From assembly GCA_000004985.1 (NCBI GenBank), contig GG738854.1: a DNA stretch of 64,000 bases; one strand, 5' to 3'. The notes under the pieces are model-generated. The model saw nothing but the letters and a program-made list of their open reading frames with translations. It was not told the DNA's origin and ran no database searches. The stretch comes from Naegleria gruberi. Taxonomy: Eukaryota. This document shows, piece after piece, positions 42,412 to 55,657 of this stretch. Position numbers and translations under genes: made by a program. Each line of letters opens with the position of its first letter. Within the stretch, counting starts at the first letter, position 1.

Positions 42412-44883
42412 TTAAGCAACGTAATGGTAAATACAATTTGCACTACCTGCTTGTGAATTATTATCTCTTTCTAAATATTCTCTGTCAATTAAACTTTCAA
42501 TTCTCTTCTTTACATCTTGACCTTGAATTGAAAAACGAACTTGAGATAAAACTTCAGTTAATAATTGTTGATGTGTTAATTGTTTTCTTGTTTTCATAAT
42601 TCTAACAATTGCTGCATCAATAACATAGGAACGATCCAATAAAACTTTTTCAGTTGTTTCTTCTCTTTCTTTCTTTGTTTCTTTCAATTGGAATGAATCA
42701 ATTTTAATCTTTGTTTTTGATTGTGAATAATCTTCATTAACAAAGAAAATATCATTCTCTTCAACTTGAGTTCCTTTAGTTTCTTTCTTAAGAATTTTTT
42801 CCTTATGGAATGCTAATGATTGTAAAGTTAAAATTAATTGTTTTTCATCTTGAATTCCTGTTGATTGTTTAAGTTCTCGTACAGAAATCTTTTCTTTAGA
42901 ATTGAATTGTAATAATACAACTGCTTGATAGAATGATATTATCAATTCCTTTTTACCACATGGGAATAAGGCTTTCATTGAACATTGTCCCAAGTTTGAA
43001 ACCCATTTCAAAATACGTCCAGAATATTTGTGTGTATAAAAATCTCTAAATGAATCTTGTAATAATGAAAGTTCCATTGGTAAATTTAAAGTATCAGGTG
43101 TATAATTTGGCCAATAACTCAATGTTAATACTTTAACACCGAGGGAGGATGCAATTTGAAGTGCTCTATCCTTTTCTTCACCTACTTCATTGATAAATTT
43201 CTTAAATTCTGCACTAGTTTCATATCCTTTCATTAATTCCGCTGAAATATCAATATCTTTAAACATTCCTTCTAATTTGTTTGAGAATTGTGTACCACAT
43301 TCTGCTCTCAATTTAGAAATCATTGTCTTTTCTGCATCATATGATGAAGTCTTTCCAAATAATAATCTTTTACCCAAATCCTTCTTATAAAATGCTTCAA
43401 ATATATCTTTACCATTAATATATTTGAAAATTGTTAGAGCATTATCCATACATCTTTCTAATTCATCATCTGTTAAACCCTTACTATTCTTTAATTTTCC
43501 ATCAATATATTTTGCAATAAGTTCACTTGGTTTGTTAGGAACAATATTTAAGAAATATTCAAAGGCTTTTCTTATAGCATGTTTAAATTCTTCATTCTTA
43601 TGGAAAGATTGTTCATGTAATTGATCAATTTTACTCTTAAATTGAAGAGTATCTTGAACCATATTTTTATCATTTTGATCATCATCAACAATTCTTTTAC
43701 CTCTAATCTTTAAATAGACTGTAAATGCTTCTTTAATTGCATCAAGTTCATTGACTAATTTAAATAATCCATACATTCTATTAAGATCCATAATACGATT
43801 AAGATCCATTAATTCTTCAAATCCTTTATCTAAAATTGTTTTAACATGTTTCTTTATCAATTCATTTTCTACTATTTGTATAAGAGGTTTCTTTGTTAAT
43901 TTACTTAAATAATTTGTAACTCTATCAACTTCTTGTCTTAATCTAGATTCAACATATTGTAAATATTCTGGTACATTTAATTTATCAATATTATTTAAAC
44001 CATCATTAGAATAAAATGATCTAGTTTCTTCTAAAAATGATTTTTCAAATTCATCTTCATATAAATGTAAAGATGTTAACATTCTAATTAAACGTTGAAC
44101 AACTGATTTATCAATACTTTCTCCACTTCTTTCATGTTTAATTAAAATTAAAATCCCAGATATTATTTTTTTAAGTAAATGTTCATTAATCTTTAAATTT
44201 TGTTTAAATATTTGTAAATTCATATCCCAAATAGATTTATCTGGTATTGTCATTACATAAGACCTATCTAAATATAAGAAAATAGATCTTATCATATTAA
44301 TTTGATCAGTGAATTCTTCCCAACTTTTAACTACAATATTTAAAAATGTTGTGTGATCTGTTGTTGCTTTATGTCCTAAATCATAAATTACATTTTCAAT
44401 ATGTTTAGAACAAAGTAATTTCAATTTGGAATAGGTACTTTCTGATTTTTTATGTCTTGCCAAATCGGAACAAAGTTGATAAAGTTCTTCTTGTCCAGTA
44501 CAAATTTTCTCCTTTTTTTGAATGGCAACAACAGCGTTATTTAACTTGTTCCATGTTTCTTCTTCAAAGTTAGATACTGTCGGTTTTAAAGACAGAGGTT
44601 TGATTTTAAGACAAGTTATCTTTTTCTTTGTTGGTGTAACTGAAGGTGATGGATTTGTTAAACCTCCTCCTGTTGATGCTGTTGTATTGTTTTTAGTAAA
44701 TCCACTTGTTGATGGTATTGTTGTAGTCATTTTAGGCTTTGGAATTTCGACAACTTCTTCTTCGTCCTCAATTATAATGGTATGATGATAGGCTTTGGTT
44801 TTTTTAGTTTGATCGGATTGTAAGTCAAGATTAGCTTGAGGTTGTTTTCTTTTCTTTGATGATGATATGGCGAAGGTAGACAT
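42412..44883 (-). CDS. Canonical cullin (Cul1/Cul3-like), about 823 aa, single exon. It lies tandem to the preceding cullin.
   Basis: The ATG at 44883 is preceded by an in-frame TTG. Cullin motifs include LEGMFKDIDISAELMKGY, IDAAIVRIMKTRKQLTHQQLLTEVLSQVRF and KKRIESLIDREYLERD..IYHYVA. Confidence 0.85.
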   Translation of the reverse strand: MSTFAISSSKKRKQPQANLDLQSDQTKKTKAYHHTIIIEDEEEVVEIPKPKMTTTIPSTSGFTKNNTTASTGGGLTNPSPSVTPTKKKITCLKIKPLSLKPTVSNFEEETWNKLNNAVVAIQKKEKICTGQEELYQLCSDLARHKKSESTYSKLKLLCSKHIENVIYDLGHKATTDHTTFLNIVVKSWEEFTDQINMIRSIFLYLDRSYVMTIPDKSIWDMNLQIFKQNLKINEHLLKKIISGILILIKHERSGESIDKSVVQRLIRMLTSLHLYEDEFEKSFLEETRSFYSNDGLNNIDKLNVPEYLQYVESRLRQEVDRVTNYLSKLTKKPLIQIVENELIKKHVKTILDKGFEELMDLNRIMDLNRMYGLFKLVNELDAIKEAFTVYLKIRGKRIVDDDQNDKNMVQDTLQFKSKIDQLHEQSFHKNEEFKHAIRKAFEYFLNIVPNKPSELIAKYIDGKLKNSKGLTDDELERCMDNALTIFKYINGKDIFEAFYKKDLGKRLLFGKTSSYDAEKTMISKLRAECGTQFSNKLEGMFKDIDISAELMKGYETSAEFKKFINEVGEEKDRALQIASSLGVKVLTLSYWPNYTPDTLNLPMELSLLQDSFRDFYTHKYSGRILKWVSNLGQCSMKALFPCGKKELIISFYQAVVLLQFNSKEKISVRELKQSTGIQDEKQLILTLQSLAFHKEKILKKETKGTQVEENDIFFVNEDYSQSKTKIKIDSFQLKETKKEREETTEKVLLDRSYVIDAAIVRIMKTRKQLTHQQLLTEVLSQVRFSIQGQDVKKRIESLIDREYLERDNNSQAGSANCIYHYVA

Positions 44884-45300
44884 CAAAAACTATTACTATT
44901 AGATTTTCTAGAATGGACTAAATTGGTTTAACAACATCAAAATCCTAACTAGTAAAACTATTGAAAAATAACCCTAATAATAATAACAATAATATAATAC
45001 TACTATGGTAGGGTACAGAGAATGTGTTTCCTGTTGTTGTTGATGTATTTTTTTAAATAAGTTTTTCTTCGGAAGTAATTTTAGAGTGCATGTTATTCCG
45101 CCCTCACTTTGGATTTTAAAGCCTTCAATTCAATTGAGGATCTTTGAATAATATTATTATAAAATTGATAATTTAAAATTGATAAAGAACTCTTTTTAAT
45201 TGAAATATAACATTATTAATTGATAAAGAACTCTAAAATTGAAATATTATAATAAACATTAAAATAACATATATTTATAAACAAATTAAAACAATAATAT

Positions 45301-46424
45301 TTAATAATAAACTGAAAGAGTTCTATGATGAGGTCTAATTGTCTTTCTATTAGCTTCACCAATTTGCCATAACATCCAATCAATCTCAATACTTAAACAT
45401 TTAATAGAATGTTCTTCTAAAAGTACTTTTCTCATTTCTTCAACAGCTTGAATTGTAAAAGCTCTAATTTCAACTTCCATTTGTGAACTATATTCTAAAA
45501 CTGTTAAATTTGAAATTTTTTCTTTCAATTCATCAGAATAAACCAATACTAAATTTTCATTACTATTAATATCATCATTATTAGCAATAACATTATCACT
45601 ACCACCAATAATACCACCTTCTGTAACACTAATTGTATTTGCATTAATAAAATTAGTTGAACTATTCAATAATTGTGGAACTCTATAATCAGCAAACATT
45701 GTTAAATCATTAATATCATCAAATTGACCAATTCCTTGGCCTTTAAAACAACCATAAATATCAGCACAGAAAATTTGAGCTCTCTTATAGAAATGAATTT
45801 GATGACCTGTTTTAGAATAAATACAATGATCTCTAAATCCAGGAAAATGTTGAGTAACAAGTGAAACTAATTTGTTAACACTCTTATTTGCTGATTTAAT
45901 TAAATTAAAAGCTTTTCCATCAAAATGTTCTTCAAGTGCAAAACCAACTTCTCTAATTAATCTAACACGTTCACTTAATAATGGAACTTTGGCACCATTA
46001 AACCATTCTGTTAATTTTTCACTTGTTAATTGTTTTAATTCTTCTGATGAAAATGCATTTGGATTATTTTGTAAAACACTTCTAAGACCAGATGCTAAAT
46101 GACCATATTCAAATTCATCCTTTTCATCTTTAACAGAATCATTTAATGGCCAAAAACAAAAATTAATACTTGAAAGTACAAGTATATATTGACAAGTTAA
46201 TTCAGGTTCATTTAAATTTCTATAATGAAGTGTATCATTGTCCCATTCAATAAATAATGATTCAATTAATGATGTTGAATTGGATGTTTTACATTTTTGT
46301 TTAATAGTTTCCGCAATAACTGAACATGTTTTAATTAAAGCCTTCCTATTTAATGATACATGAGTAGCATTTTCAATAACATGTTGTGTTGTTGTTTTTA
46401 CGAGAGAAATTGGTGATGATGACA
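45301..46424 (-). CDS. Queuosine-salvage protein (DUF2419 / Qng1 / C9orf64-like), about 374 aa.
   Basis: ATG is at 46424 (MSSSPISLV). The ORF track extends to 46488 via a TTG. Family-typical segments include LSSINFCFWP, IFCADIYGCF, FADYRVPQLL and the C-terminal HHRTLSVYY. Confidence 0.7.
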
Positions 46425-46762
46425 TTTTTTTTAAAAATTCTTTATGATTTTGAGGAAACAATAATAACGCACAAGGCTTTTTGTGCAATTTTATTGATGA
46501 AGTGTGTCAAAGCCTCCATAGACTGGAGAATTTTCATCTCATTACAACCTGTCTTTGTACTATTACAACCTACTAATAATAATTTTTATAATGAAAGTAA
46601 AAAGCCTTGAAAGTTTATTATGAAACAATCAAATGTTATTATTCATTGTGAGTATCGCAGATCAAATTGTGTGGGAGAACGACGACAAACCATTTCTGCT
46701 TTCAACTGTCATTACACAAATCAAAAAAATTTCAACAACACACAAGTAACATTAAACCTATC

Positions 46763-49700
46763 ATGTCTCAGTGGGTTTCTGTTAACAAGTATGGTATTGG
46801 TATGTTTATTATTATTATCTATTTCTCATCTTTAATTTGCGCCTTTACAATTCTAATAACAACAACAACAACAACAATTTATAAACTACAAAATCATCAC
46901 TATATAACTTCATCAACATCAACATTATACCATCAATCAAACACTCTATATTAATGCTCTGTTATTATTATTAACAACAATAATAATAATAATTATCAAA
47001 ATCTAGTTGTTGATTCATTCAATAGCAAACAATATCAACAACATCAACATTTATTAGATTTAAATGTTGGTGATCTTGTGTATATTAAAGCAGAGAGAGA
47101 TGGATGGTGTAAAGGAAGTGTATTTAGAAATCGTTACATTCTCAAATATAAGAATTCACTACTTGGATATTCTACATTAGATAATAATTCATCATCATCA
47201 TCCAACACATCCGCATCAACAACATCAACAGAGAATGATGGTGCTAATTTAAACAATGATCAAGATGATCAACAATCAAGAACATCAAATAATGCTCAAC
47301 TCAATGCAGGATCAACTGAAGGTATTAAAACAGCATTGGATTTTAATGTGAGTGGAATGAATACATTTCCAATAGCTAAGGGTTTCTTTCCATCTGGTTG
47401 TATTAAGAGGATAGAAGAGAAGAGTGATAAACAATCTATTCTACCAGGTGGCTCAAGTACAGGTACAACATCATCAGGTCTGAGTTCTGGTTCATTGGTT
47501 GGTGGTAGTTCATTGATTGGTGTTGGAGGTGGTATTGGTAGTGGTATTGGTGGTGGTGGTATTGGTATTGGAGGTGGTATTGGAGGTGGTGGTGGTTCAT
47601 TAACTTCTGGTAATTCTGGTAATTCACAAAATAATTATCTTCAAGGTTTAACCAATGATAAGAATAGAGGTGGTGATAAAACACTTGTTGATTCAACACC
47701 ATTGGCAGGTATTATTTCTAGGGCAGGTAAAGCAAATAATTTAACATTTATCGATGAAATTGATTCAAGAGAATTTGAAGAATCTAAATATGGATTCTTT
47801 GAAGAGAAGGATTTTGAAGTTGAACATTGTTTTGATTTAATACAAGTAACAGAGGAATGGTTAGCATTCTTTGATGGATCTAGAGAGAGAATGGAAATTG
47901 TTGATAGAGATCAATTTGATAGAATTTATGAAATTTTAACAAGAATATTCTTTGATATTAAAGAATATGCAAGACATTGTGATTTATTAAAGGTAATGAA
48001 AGAGAAGGGTGGAAGTGATGGTATTGCAAAGATTGAATCAAAATTACTTAAATTTCAAAATAATGATATCAAACTTGTAGAAGAAGGTTGTAATGTACTT
48101 TTATATGATATTATTATTAGAAAGAAGGGTAAAATTTTAGATGATTTAATGCAAATGGATCAATTTGTTACCAATAATAATTTAGATTCTTCTCAACAAT
48201 CCAAACAACAAACTACAAGTACTACTACACAAACTAAATCTGCTACTTCAACTACTACTTTAACAAATGTAAATTCAACAAACAATTCACAAGAAGTATC
48301 CTCAACAAAAACACTCAAATCCAGATTGAGTTTTACACTTGTTGAACAAGTTAGAAAGGTAGTTGATGCCAAAACAGGTGGATTTTCCTCTACATTATTA
48401 TCAACCTCATCAACAGTAACAACCATTGTTAAGGTATTTAGAAATTATGTTCAAACTTGTGAGAGAGAACTTGAAGCACTTCAAGAGAGAAGACAAAAGA
48501 GAGTTAAAAATCATGCCAAGAAGGAAACAACAGTTAGTGGTAAAATGGGTGGTGCATTGGGAAGATTGGGATTTCCATTTCATTTGAATGATGTTCTCGA
48601 TGATACAACACATACAGCCAGTGGTGATGATAGTAAACAATTTTATCATTTACCAGATGGTAATACACAATTAATGGTTGCACTTGAAAATTGTGTCATT
48701 GATTCAGAACATCGATTTGAATTGGAAATTTCACTCTACAGTAAGAAGGCAGAACAAATTATTAGTGAAAATTTTATTTTACAAATGTCATCTGCCTCTG
48801 AAAAGAATTTAAATCCATCATCTAAAACCAATCTAGAAAGAAGATGTATCATTAAGGATATAACAAGTAGTGATATTAAGGAAGATTTGTACTTTGTTTT
48901 CAGATTGTACAGAGTTGGACCTGTTTTAATCGATGAAAAAAATAAGAAGGCAACTGCATCAGCTGATGTAGGTGATGTTAAAAGACCATTCGGTGTTGCC
49001 ATTGCAGATATTAATCCAAATGTAATTAATAATATTGTAACAGGTGAAAATGTTAATCTTCCTAAAATTAGTGCATTTGCAACAACAAAGGAAGAAAATT
49101 TCTATTCACTCCATCAATTATTAATCAAATTAACAAATGAACATGGTGGTCAAATTCCTTCAGATTTACCAAAAGATGTTTCAAAAATTCAGGAAATTAA
49201 GGATTTAACAATTTCACTTGGAATGTTAATTGGTGATTATGAACAACAAGTTTTTTCAAAGGAAAATTTAAAATCAAGACCAGTCATTCAAATGTTAAGA
49301 TTTCCAAGTGCTGTTTCACCTGGTGATAGACGTAATGATATTTATATTACATTAGAAGGTTTAGCTTCATCTGTTAAAGAATTGAAAAATGTTCTAGTTG
49401 AAGCTGAATTGTATCAAGTACCACAATCAATTTCAATCAAAAATCCACCAATTCATTCTGAAACACGTCCAATGATACCTCTCTCTACAAATCCAAATGA
49501 ATTTAATAGTGGTAATTTACCTTCTTCACTTCCACAAGAAAAGAGAAAATTATTCACCTCCACTGTTTTATATCACATCAAAAATCCAAAATGGAAAGAA
49601 ACATTTAGAGTTAGTGTTGAACCTGATTTAATTGATAGATCTATTGTTGTATTTAAATTATTTAATTGTAGATCACGTCATGCAACGAAGGAACTTGTTG

Positions 49701-52700
49701 GTTTTGCCTATTGGAAAATGACCAATTCAAGTGGTTTATTAGATGTTACATGTAAAAGTGAACAAGATTCTTCATCCTCTTCATCATCTGATAAACAATC
49801 GGCTGTTGAAATTTCAGTCTACAAGGTAACAAAGAAATTCAAGGGAGGTGATTTTGCAGGTATTTTTGATTTCCATAAAAATCCAGAAGAAAGAGAAACT
49901 CATAGAACAAAGGGTCAAAAATTGAACATTTCATTCAATGTAGTTTCAACAAGAATTACACAAAATCCTGAAATGAAAAATTTACTTGATTGGAAATTAC
50001 AAAGAAGTGTTTCAGATGTTGTTAATCAATTTACATTCAATATGGGTGATGTTATGGGTATTGCTATTTTTATTAGAGAAATATTTGGTGCATTGTTTGA
50101 TATTTTGAGTGCTAATGAAGATCAAGCAGGTGTACCTGAAAAGATATTTGAAGTTACCTATAAGGCTATTAACAATATTTTATCACAAAAACAATTTTGG
50201 CCATTCTTGAGAGTTATTGATGAATATATTACAAATTATTTCCAATCTGTCAATGCATACAAATGGTTATTGAAATTTTTAATTAGAGATTTAGCTAAAA
50301 TTCAAGCCATTAAATCAGAAGATGAATTATTAAGAGAAGATCCATATGATAAGATTATGCCATTCGAATTGGAAAATCAACAATTTGATGATTTTAATGA
50401 TAATACTACTAATAATACTACTGGTAATACTGGTAATAATACTAATAATAATAATACTACTGGTAATACTACTACCACTGGTAATACACCACCTCCAGTT
50501 CCACCTAGAAAAGTTGACGATTCTCAACAACAACAACAACAACAATTAGTACCATCAGCATCACTTGCTAAAATTGTACCAGTTCTTTCACAATCTATCA
50601 AGTGTATTGATTATTGGGCCAAATTTATTGTAAAATCTAGAGAAAATTATACAGAAAGATTTGGTTTAAATGATAAGGATGAAAGTGAATTTGAAAAACA
50701 AGTTTCAGTTTTAATGAAACAAATTACAATTCTCCTTCAACATCCACAAAAAGAAATGTTAGGTGTTAAGGCTAATTGTTTAAAATTCCTGAGTTCATCC
50801 TTCTTTGATGAAATGAATAGAGTATTCAAGGATGATAAGAAACTTGGTAGAGCAGTTGTTGATTTCATTCTAGCAATGAATAATTGTTCAGCTGCTGTTG
50901 ATACAGGCAAAACTGATACAAAGAAAACAAAGGAACAAAAATCCTATTCAAACAGAATACTTGCAATGAGTTGTGTTTTAAAGTCAAATGTTTTCAAGAG
51001 AGATGGATGTAGAAAAGTTTTACTTCCATTCATTATTGATGTTATCAGAGATGGTATTATTGAAAATAATGGTGGTGATATTGAATCAGGTGTAATTTTA
51101 TTGAATGATTTACTTCATGCCACTCAAAAATTAATGGTACAATCAAATAGAAAACAATCACTTTTATATCAATCATTACATACCAATAATTCAAATAATT
51201 CAAATAATTCAAATAATAATAATAATAATAGTGGTGGTAATAATAATAATGGAATTGGTAATACAAAGAATAATTCACAATTATTAGCTAGTTTCTCTGA
51301 GAATACCAATTCACAAGATTATTCATTCCAAAAGAAGAGAAGACAACACTTTACATGGATTTCACAACAAGAACCACAAGAAGGTGAAAATTATTCAGAT
51401 GGACTTGTTAAAACTATTTATGAAATATTCCAATTATTCCAAACTGTTAAAGATCGTTATGAATCATTAACATCAGATGTTCAATCACTTCGTAAAGATA
51501 TTGATGATAAGAGAAGATTATTAGCTGAAACTCAAAATGAAGTTGATCAATCAAAACAAAATTTGAGAAGAGGTGGTAATAATGCAACATCTAATAATTC
51601 ATCTTCTGCTGGTAATTCATCAGGAGGAGTTACAACACAACGTGCTACCAATATTAATCAAGCCAATACTCAGAAGGAAATTGATGAAAATGAAAAGAAA
51701 CTTCTCCCATTAGAAAATATCAGAAGAGAATTAATGTGTTCCATTATTAGTTTTGTTAAAATGTACAGTGGTAGTTCAATTTTATTATTATCACATTTAA
51801 TTAATGATGAAAAGGTAGCAACAGGTTTAGCACAACAATCATTGAGAAATTTAATGTATTTACATGAATTGATTACTTCTAAAACTAATAGTATACCTAG
51901 AGAATGGATTGGATTTAGATCATTCCAATTAAATACTTTATTTAGAAGTTTAATTTCAATTTCAAATGTAATGATTCATCATTTCACTATTGAAAAGGAT
52001 AGTTTAACAAGTATTGTACAATCTAATTTTATTGATAATGTAGATTTTATTAATAGTAATACTAATAGTAATACTAATATTTCTACTAATAATTCTAACA
52101 ATAATAGTAATACATCCAATAATGGTAATAATAATAATAATAATACATCTAATAATAATAATAATAATAATAATAATATAATTGGTGGTGGAGAAGAACA
52201 AACACCAATTGAATATAAAGAATTATGGGATATGTTATTTAAACATTTCTTTGGATTTATAAATTATATGGATTTGGAGAATAATAGGGCCTTTGAAAGA
52301 GTGATCATGTTATCTAAACATGAAGATTATCGTTACATGTTATTAAAACACATTTATGATAATATTTATAATCATTCCAATATGAGAAAAGATATTAAAT
52401 TAATATTTGTACCTAAATTAGTACATCAAATTATGACATTATTTAATATTGATAATAGATTATTACATGGACCTGCTATTAAATTATATTATGCTCTATT
52501 AGAAACTGAATTTGAAAATCATAAGAGATTGGCACAATGTGAAGCTGTTACACAAAGTAGATTGGTTCGATCTAAAATTGGTCGTTTATTTAAACAATCA
52601 TTTACAGATTGTTTAAAATCAATGTTTGAAAAGGACATTAATAATACCAATAATAATACAAATACAAATAATACCAATACTACAAATAATAATACTACAA

Positions 52701-54193
52701 ATACAAATACAAATCAACAACAACAACTTGGTAAAGAAGGATTATTATTATTAAATAGATTGGAAACATTAATTTCTCAAGTTGAACAAATTCAAACCTT
52801 TGAAGATAAGGATGAACATAAATTCTGTGAAGCATGTATTGATGTGATGAGATCATTTAAAATTAATCACAATTATGATTTATATTATCAATATGTTGAT
52901 AAATTATCAGCCGTACATGAAAGATATGGTAATTATATTGAAGCAGCCTTAGTATTATATAAACATGCTAAGAGATTACAATGGAATGATGAAAGAAAAT
53001 TACCCTATCATTCAGATGAATATCCAGAACAATCTGAAGCTGATAGAAAGATTAAACTCTATGAAAAGATGATTGATTTATTTGATAAAGGTAAAGATTG
53101 GGAGAGAGCAATTGAACTTTCAAGACAATTAAGAAATTACTATTTACACAATTACAAATATGCCAAAACACAAAATTTGTTAAAGAGAGAGGGTGAATTT
53201 TATAATTTAATCATGACAAAGAGAAGATTCTTTGCCTCCTATTATTATGTTAATTTTATGGGAAGAGGATTTTTAAAGATGGGTCTACAGGGACCATACA
53301 TTTATAAATCGGTGGAAGGTGAAAATTTTATGGATTTTTTAAATGGCTTAAAAGATAAATATCAAGCACAATTATTTCAAAAGACACCAACCGATCCAGA
53401 ACAATACAGAGAACAAGAAGGTAGATTCTTTGTTGCCTATCACGTTGATCAAAGTTCAGAATTTGAATGGGAAAATATATTCCAACATCGTGATAAGAGA
53501 ATTTCACCTAAAATTCTATGTTATAGAAAATTACATAATATTAATCATTTTAAATCTGAATCACGTTATAGAGAATCAAAAGAAAAAACCAATAATGAAT
53601 ATAAGGATATGCATAGAGAAATTACATTCTTTATCACTCCAAAGAAATTCCCAACCATTTGTAGACGTCAGAGAATTTTATGTGGTGATTCATTGAAAAT
53701 CTATCAAGATAAATTATCATTGAATGAGAAATTGAAATATAGAGACTATTCACAATGTATTGATTTATCAAATATTAGTTATATTGCCAATGATAAATTA
53801 TTACATTTATGTCCATTAGAGAATGCTACTAAAGATATTGAAGATAAAGTTAATGAATTGGAAGAATTGGTTATTAATCACCATTTAGATCAACAACCAG
53901 ATACTAATGCATTATCAATGTCATTGAATGGTACTATTGATGCAGCTGTTAATGGTGGTCAGGAGAAGTATATTTCTGCATTCTTCACAGAACAATATGT
54001 TTCAACACATCCAGAACATGATTTATTATTGAAGAGATTTAAAATTGCTCTACAAAATCAAATTTTCATTTTAGAAGAAGGTTTGAGACAGAGAAGATTA
54101 TTTGTTGAAGGTAAAGCTGTTGCATTGAATGAATATTTAGAAACACGTTTACAAGAAATGAAAAAGAAATTAGAAGAATTATTATTTAAATAA
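46763..54193 (+). CDS. DOCK-family Rho/Rac GEF, about 2400 aa: N-terminal SH3, DHR-1 (C2-like) and C-terminal DHR-2. The exons are 46763..46799 and 47007..54193.
   Basis: Mini-exon 1 (ATG 46763, MSQWVSVNKYGI) is joined by a 207-nt intron (gtatgt..atctag) to VVDSFNSKQYQQHQHLLDLNVGDLVYIKAERDGWCKGSVF, which together form an SH3 domain. The DHR-1-like segment is DLYFVFRLYRVGPV..KRPFGVAIADI. The DHR-2-like segment is YIEAALVLYKHAKRLQW..KIKLYEKMIDLFDKGKDWERAIEL. The protein has many Gly-rich, Asn-rich and Thr-rich low-complexity inserts. Confidence 0.85.
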
Positions 54194-54418
54194 ATATATA
54201 AAAAATTACAATTGTATTATATATTAATATTTAATTTTTAAATTCACTATTTCATTCATATTAATAATATTACCAGTTCCAAGATTAGATCTTCATGTAA
54301 TGCATGTGCTCGAATTGTTCAAACTGTGAAACTTCATATACTATGACATCTCCCATTTCTAGATGTTATCAGTTCTAAAAACCATGATTGCATTTTCTAA
54401 CGAATTCGTTCACACTAT

Positions 54419-55657
54419 TCAAATATTATGGCAGTAAATCCTGAGAAAGTACATCATTATTCTAAAACATGAAGAAACAATTAAAATATCATAATAAGTA
54501 TTAATTATTGCACATATCAAAACAATAATCAAACTTATTTCAATAATATAAGAAATGATATCTTGTCTAATATGAAATGGATCTTCAAATGAACTGAAGA
54601 AATTTCCACTCTTCCTAATTGTTTTCCAATTCATTATAAAATCAAATGATATAACTAAAAGTCCTATTTGTATGACCATTATACTTAAAAAGAGATAGAT
54701 GGCTTGATTTGAATAAAATCTTTGAATATCTCAAATAAGGTATTAAAATACATAACCAAATGAATGAATAATGAATGATAATAATTGACAAGTTATTAAT
54801 CTAAACTTGTCAGAAGTTTGAATTTTATGAATTTTAATTTGATTTTCTGGTATTCTCTGTAAAATAAAATAAATATATTTAATATAATATAATAGTAGTA
54901 AATGCAATAGTAAAAGTTGAATAAGAACAAATAAAAATCATTAAAATCATTCTTAAAAAGGAAATGAAATCAGCAATAATAGGTGAAAATAATAGACCAC
55001 ATATAATGATTAAAATAGGAATAATATATGGAGTTGATAATCTTCTTTTAATTGATTTAGTTTTAAATACTGTTATTAATGATATATAATTTAAAATACC
55101 AATGATCATTACAATATAATTAAATATTTGTGAGAATGCTAATAATTCTGAATTATATTCACATCTATAATAGGTTGTAGCAAGTGATGAATAACAAAAT
55201 ACTTGTTTTAATTCAATTAATTCTTCATTAAAAATATAAAATTTATATGAAATATTTCTAATCATGTCTAAATTTGTAATTTCATTTCCATATCCATCTG
55301 ATAAATAGTAATTTAAAATTTAGTTTCTATATCATTGTATGTTAATGTAACATTATATATTAACCTTGCATAATTATAGAAATACTTAACATTAGTATTA
55401 TTATTATTAATAATATTGTAATCAGTTTGTGAATAAATAATTATTAAAAAATCATCCTTATTTATATTTGAAAATTTGAATGGTTTATCTTTAAATGTTC
55501 TAATAAAAGTAGGTACAATAAATTCCTTCAATATATTTAAATCAGACCATTTAAATGTTCTCATAATACTCAATTTCCATAGAATAATTTGTATTTCTGA
55601 ACTGTCACATCCAAAAAAATCAAATCTATCCACTAAATCACTTAAATCACTGCCCAA
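54419..55657 (-). CDS. Putative multi-exon gene for a small membrane protein. It is seen as three minus-strand ORFs (55313..55657, 54879..55265, 54419..54679) in an extremely AT-rich region. Low confidence.
   Basis: Three consecutive same-strand ORFs of 86-128 codons. The middle and last ORFs encode multiple hydrophobic helices (ILIIICGLLFSPIIADFISFL, LLVISFDFIMNW..). No ATG-initiated join was resolved. This could be spurious in a region of about 85% AT. Confidence 0.25.

Noticed and set aside
42336-42599. Plus-strand ORF at the 3' end of the cullin gene.
   Set aside because: It is antisense to the conserved cullin C-terminus and has a TTG-type start.
47436-52201. Minus-strand ORFs inside the DOCK gene (47436..47702, 48193..48649, 48736..49002, 50330..50549, 51057..51278, 52004..52201).
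   Set aside because: They are antisense readings of Gly-rich, Asn-rich or Thr-rich codon repeats (His/Tyr/Ile homopolymeric translations). They carry no independent signal.
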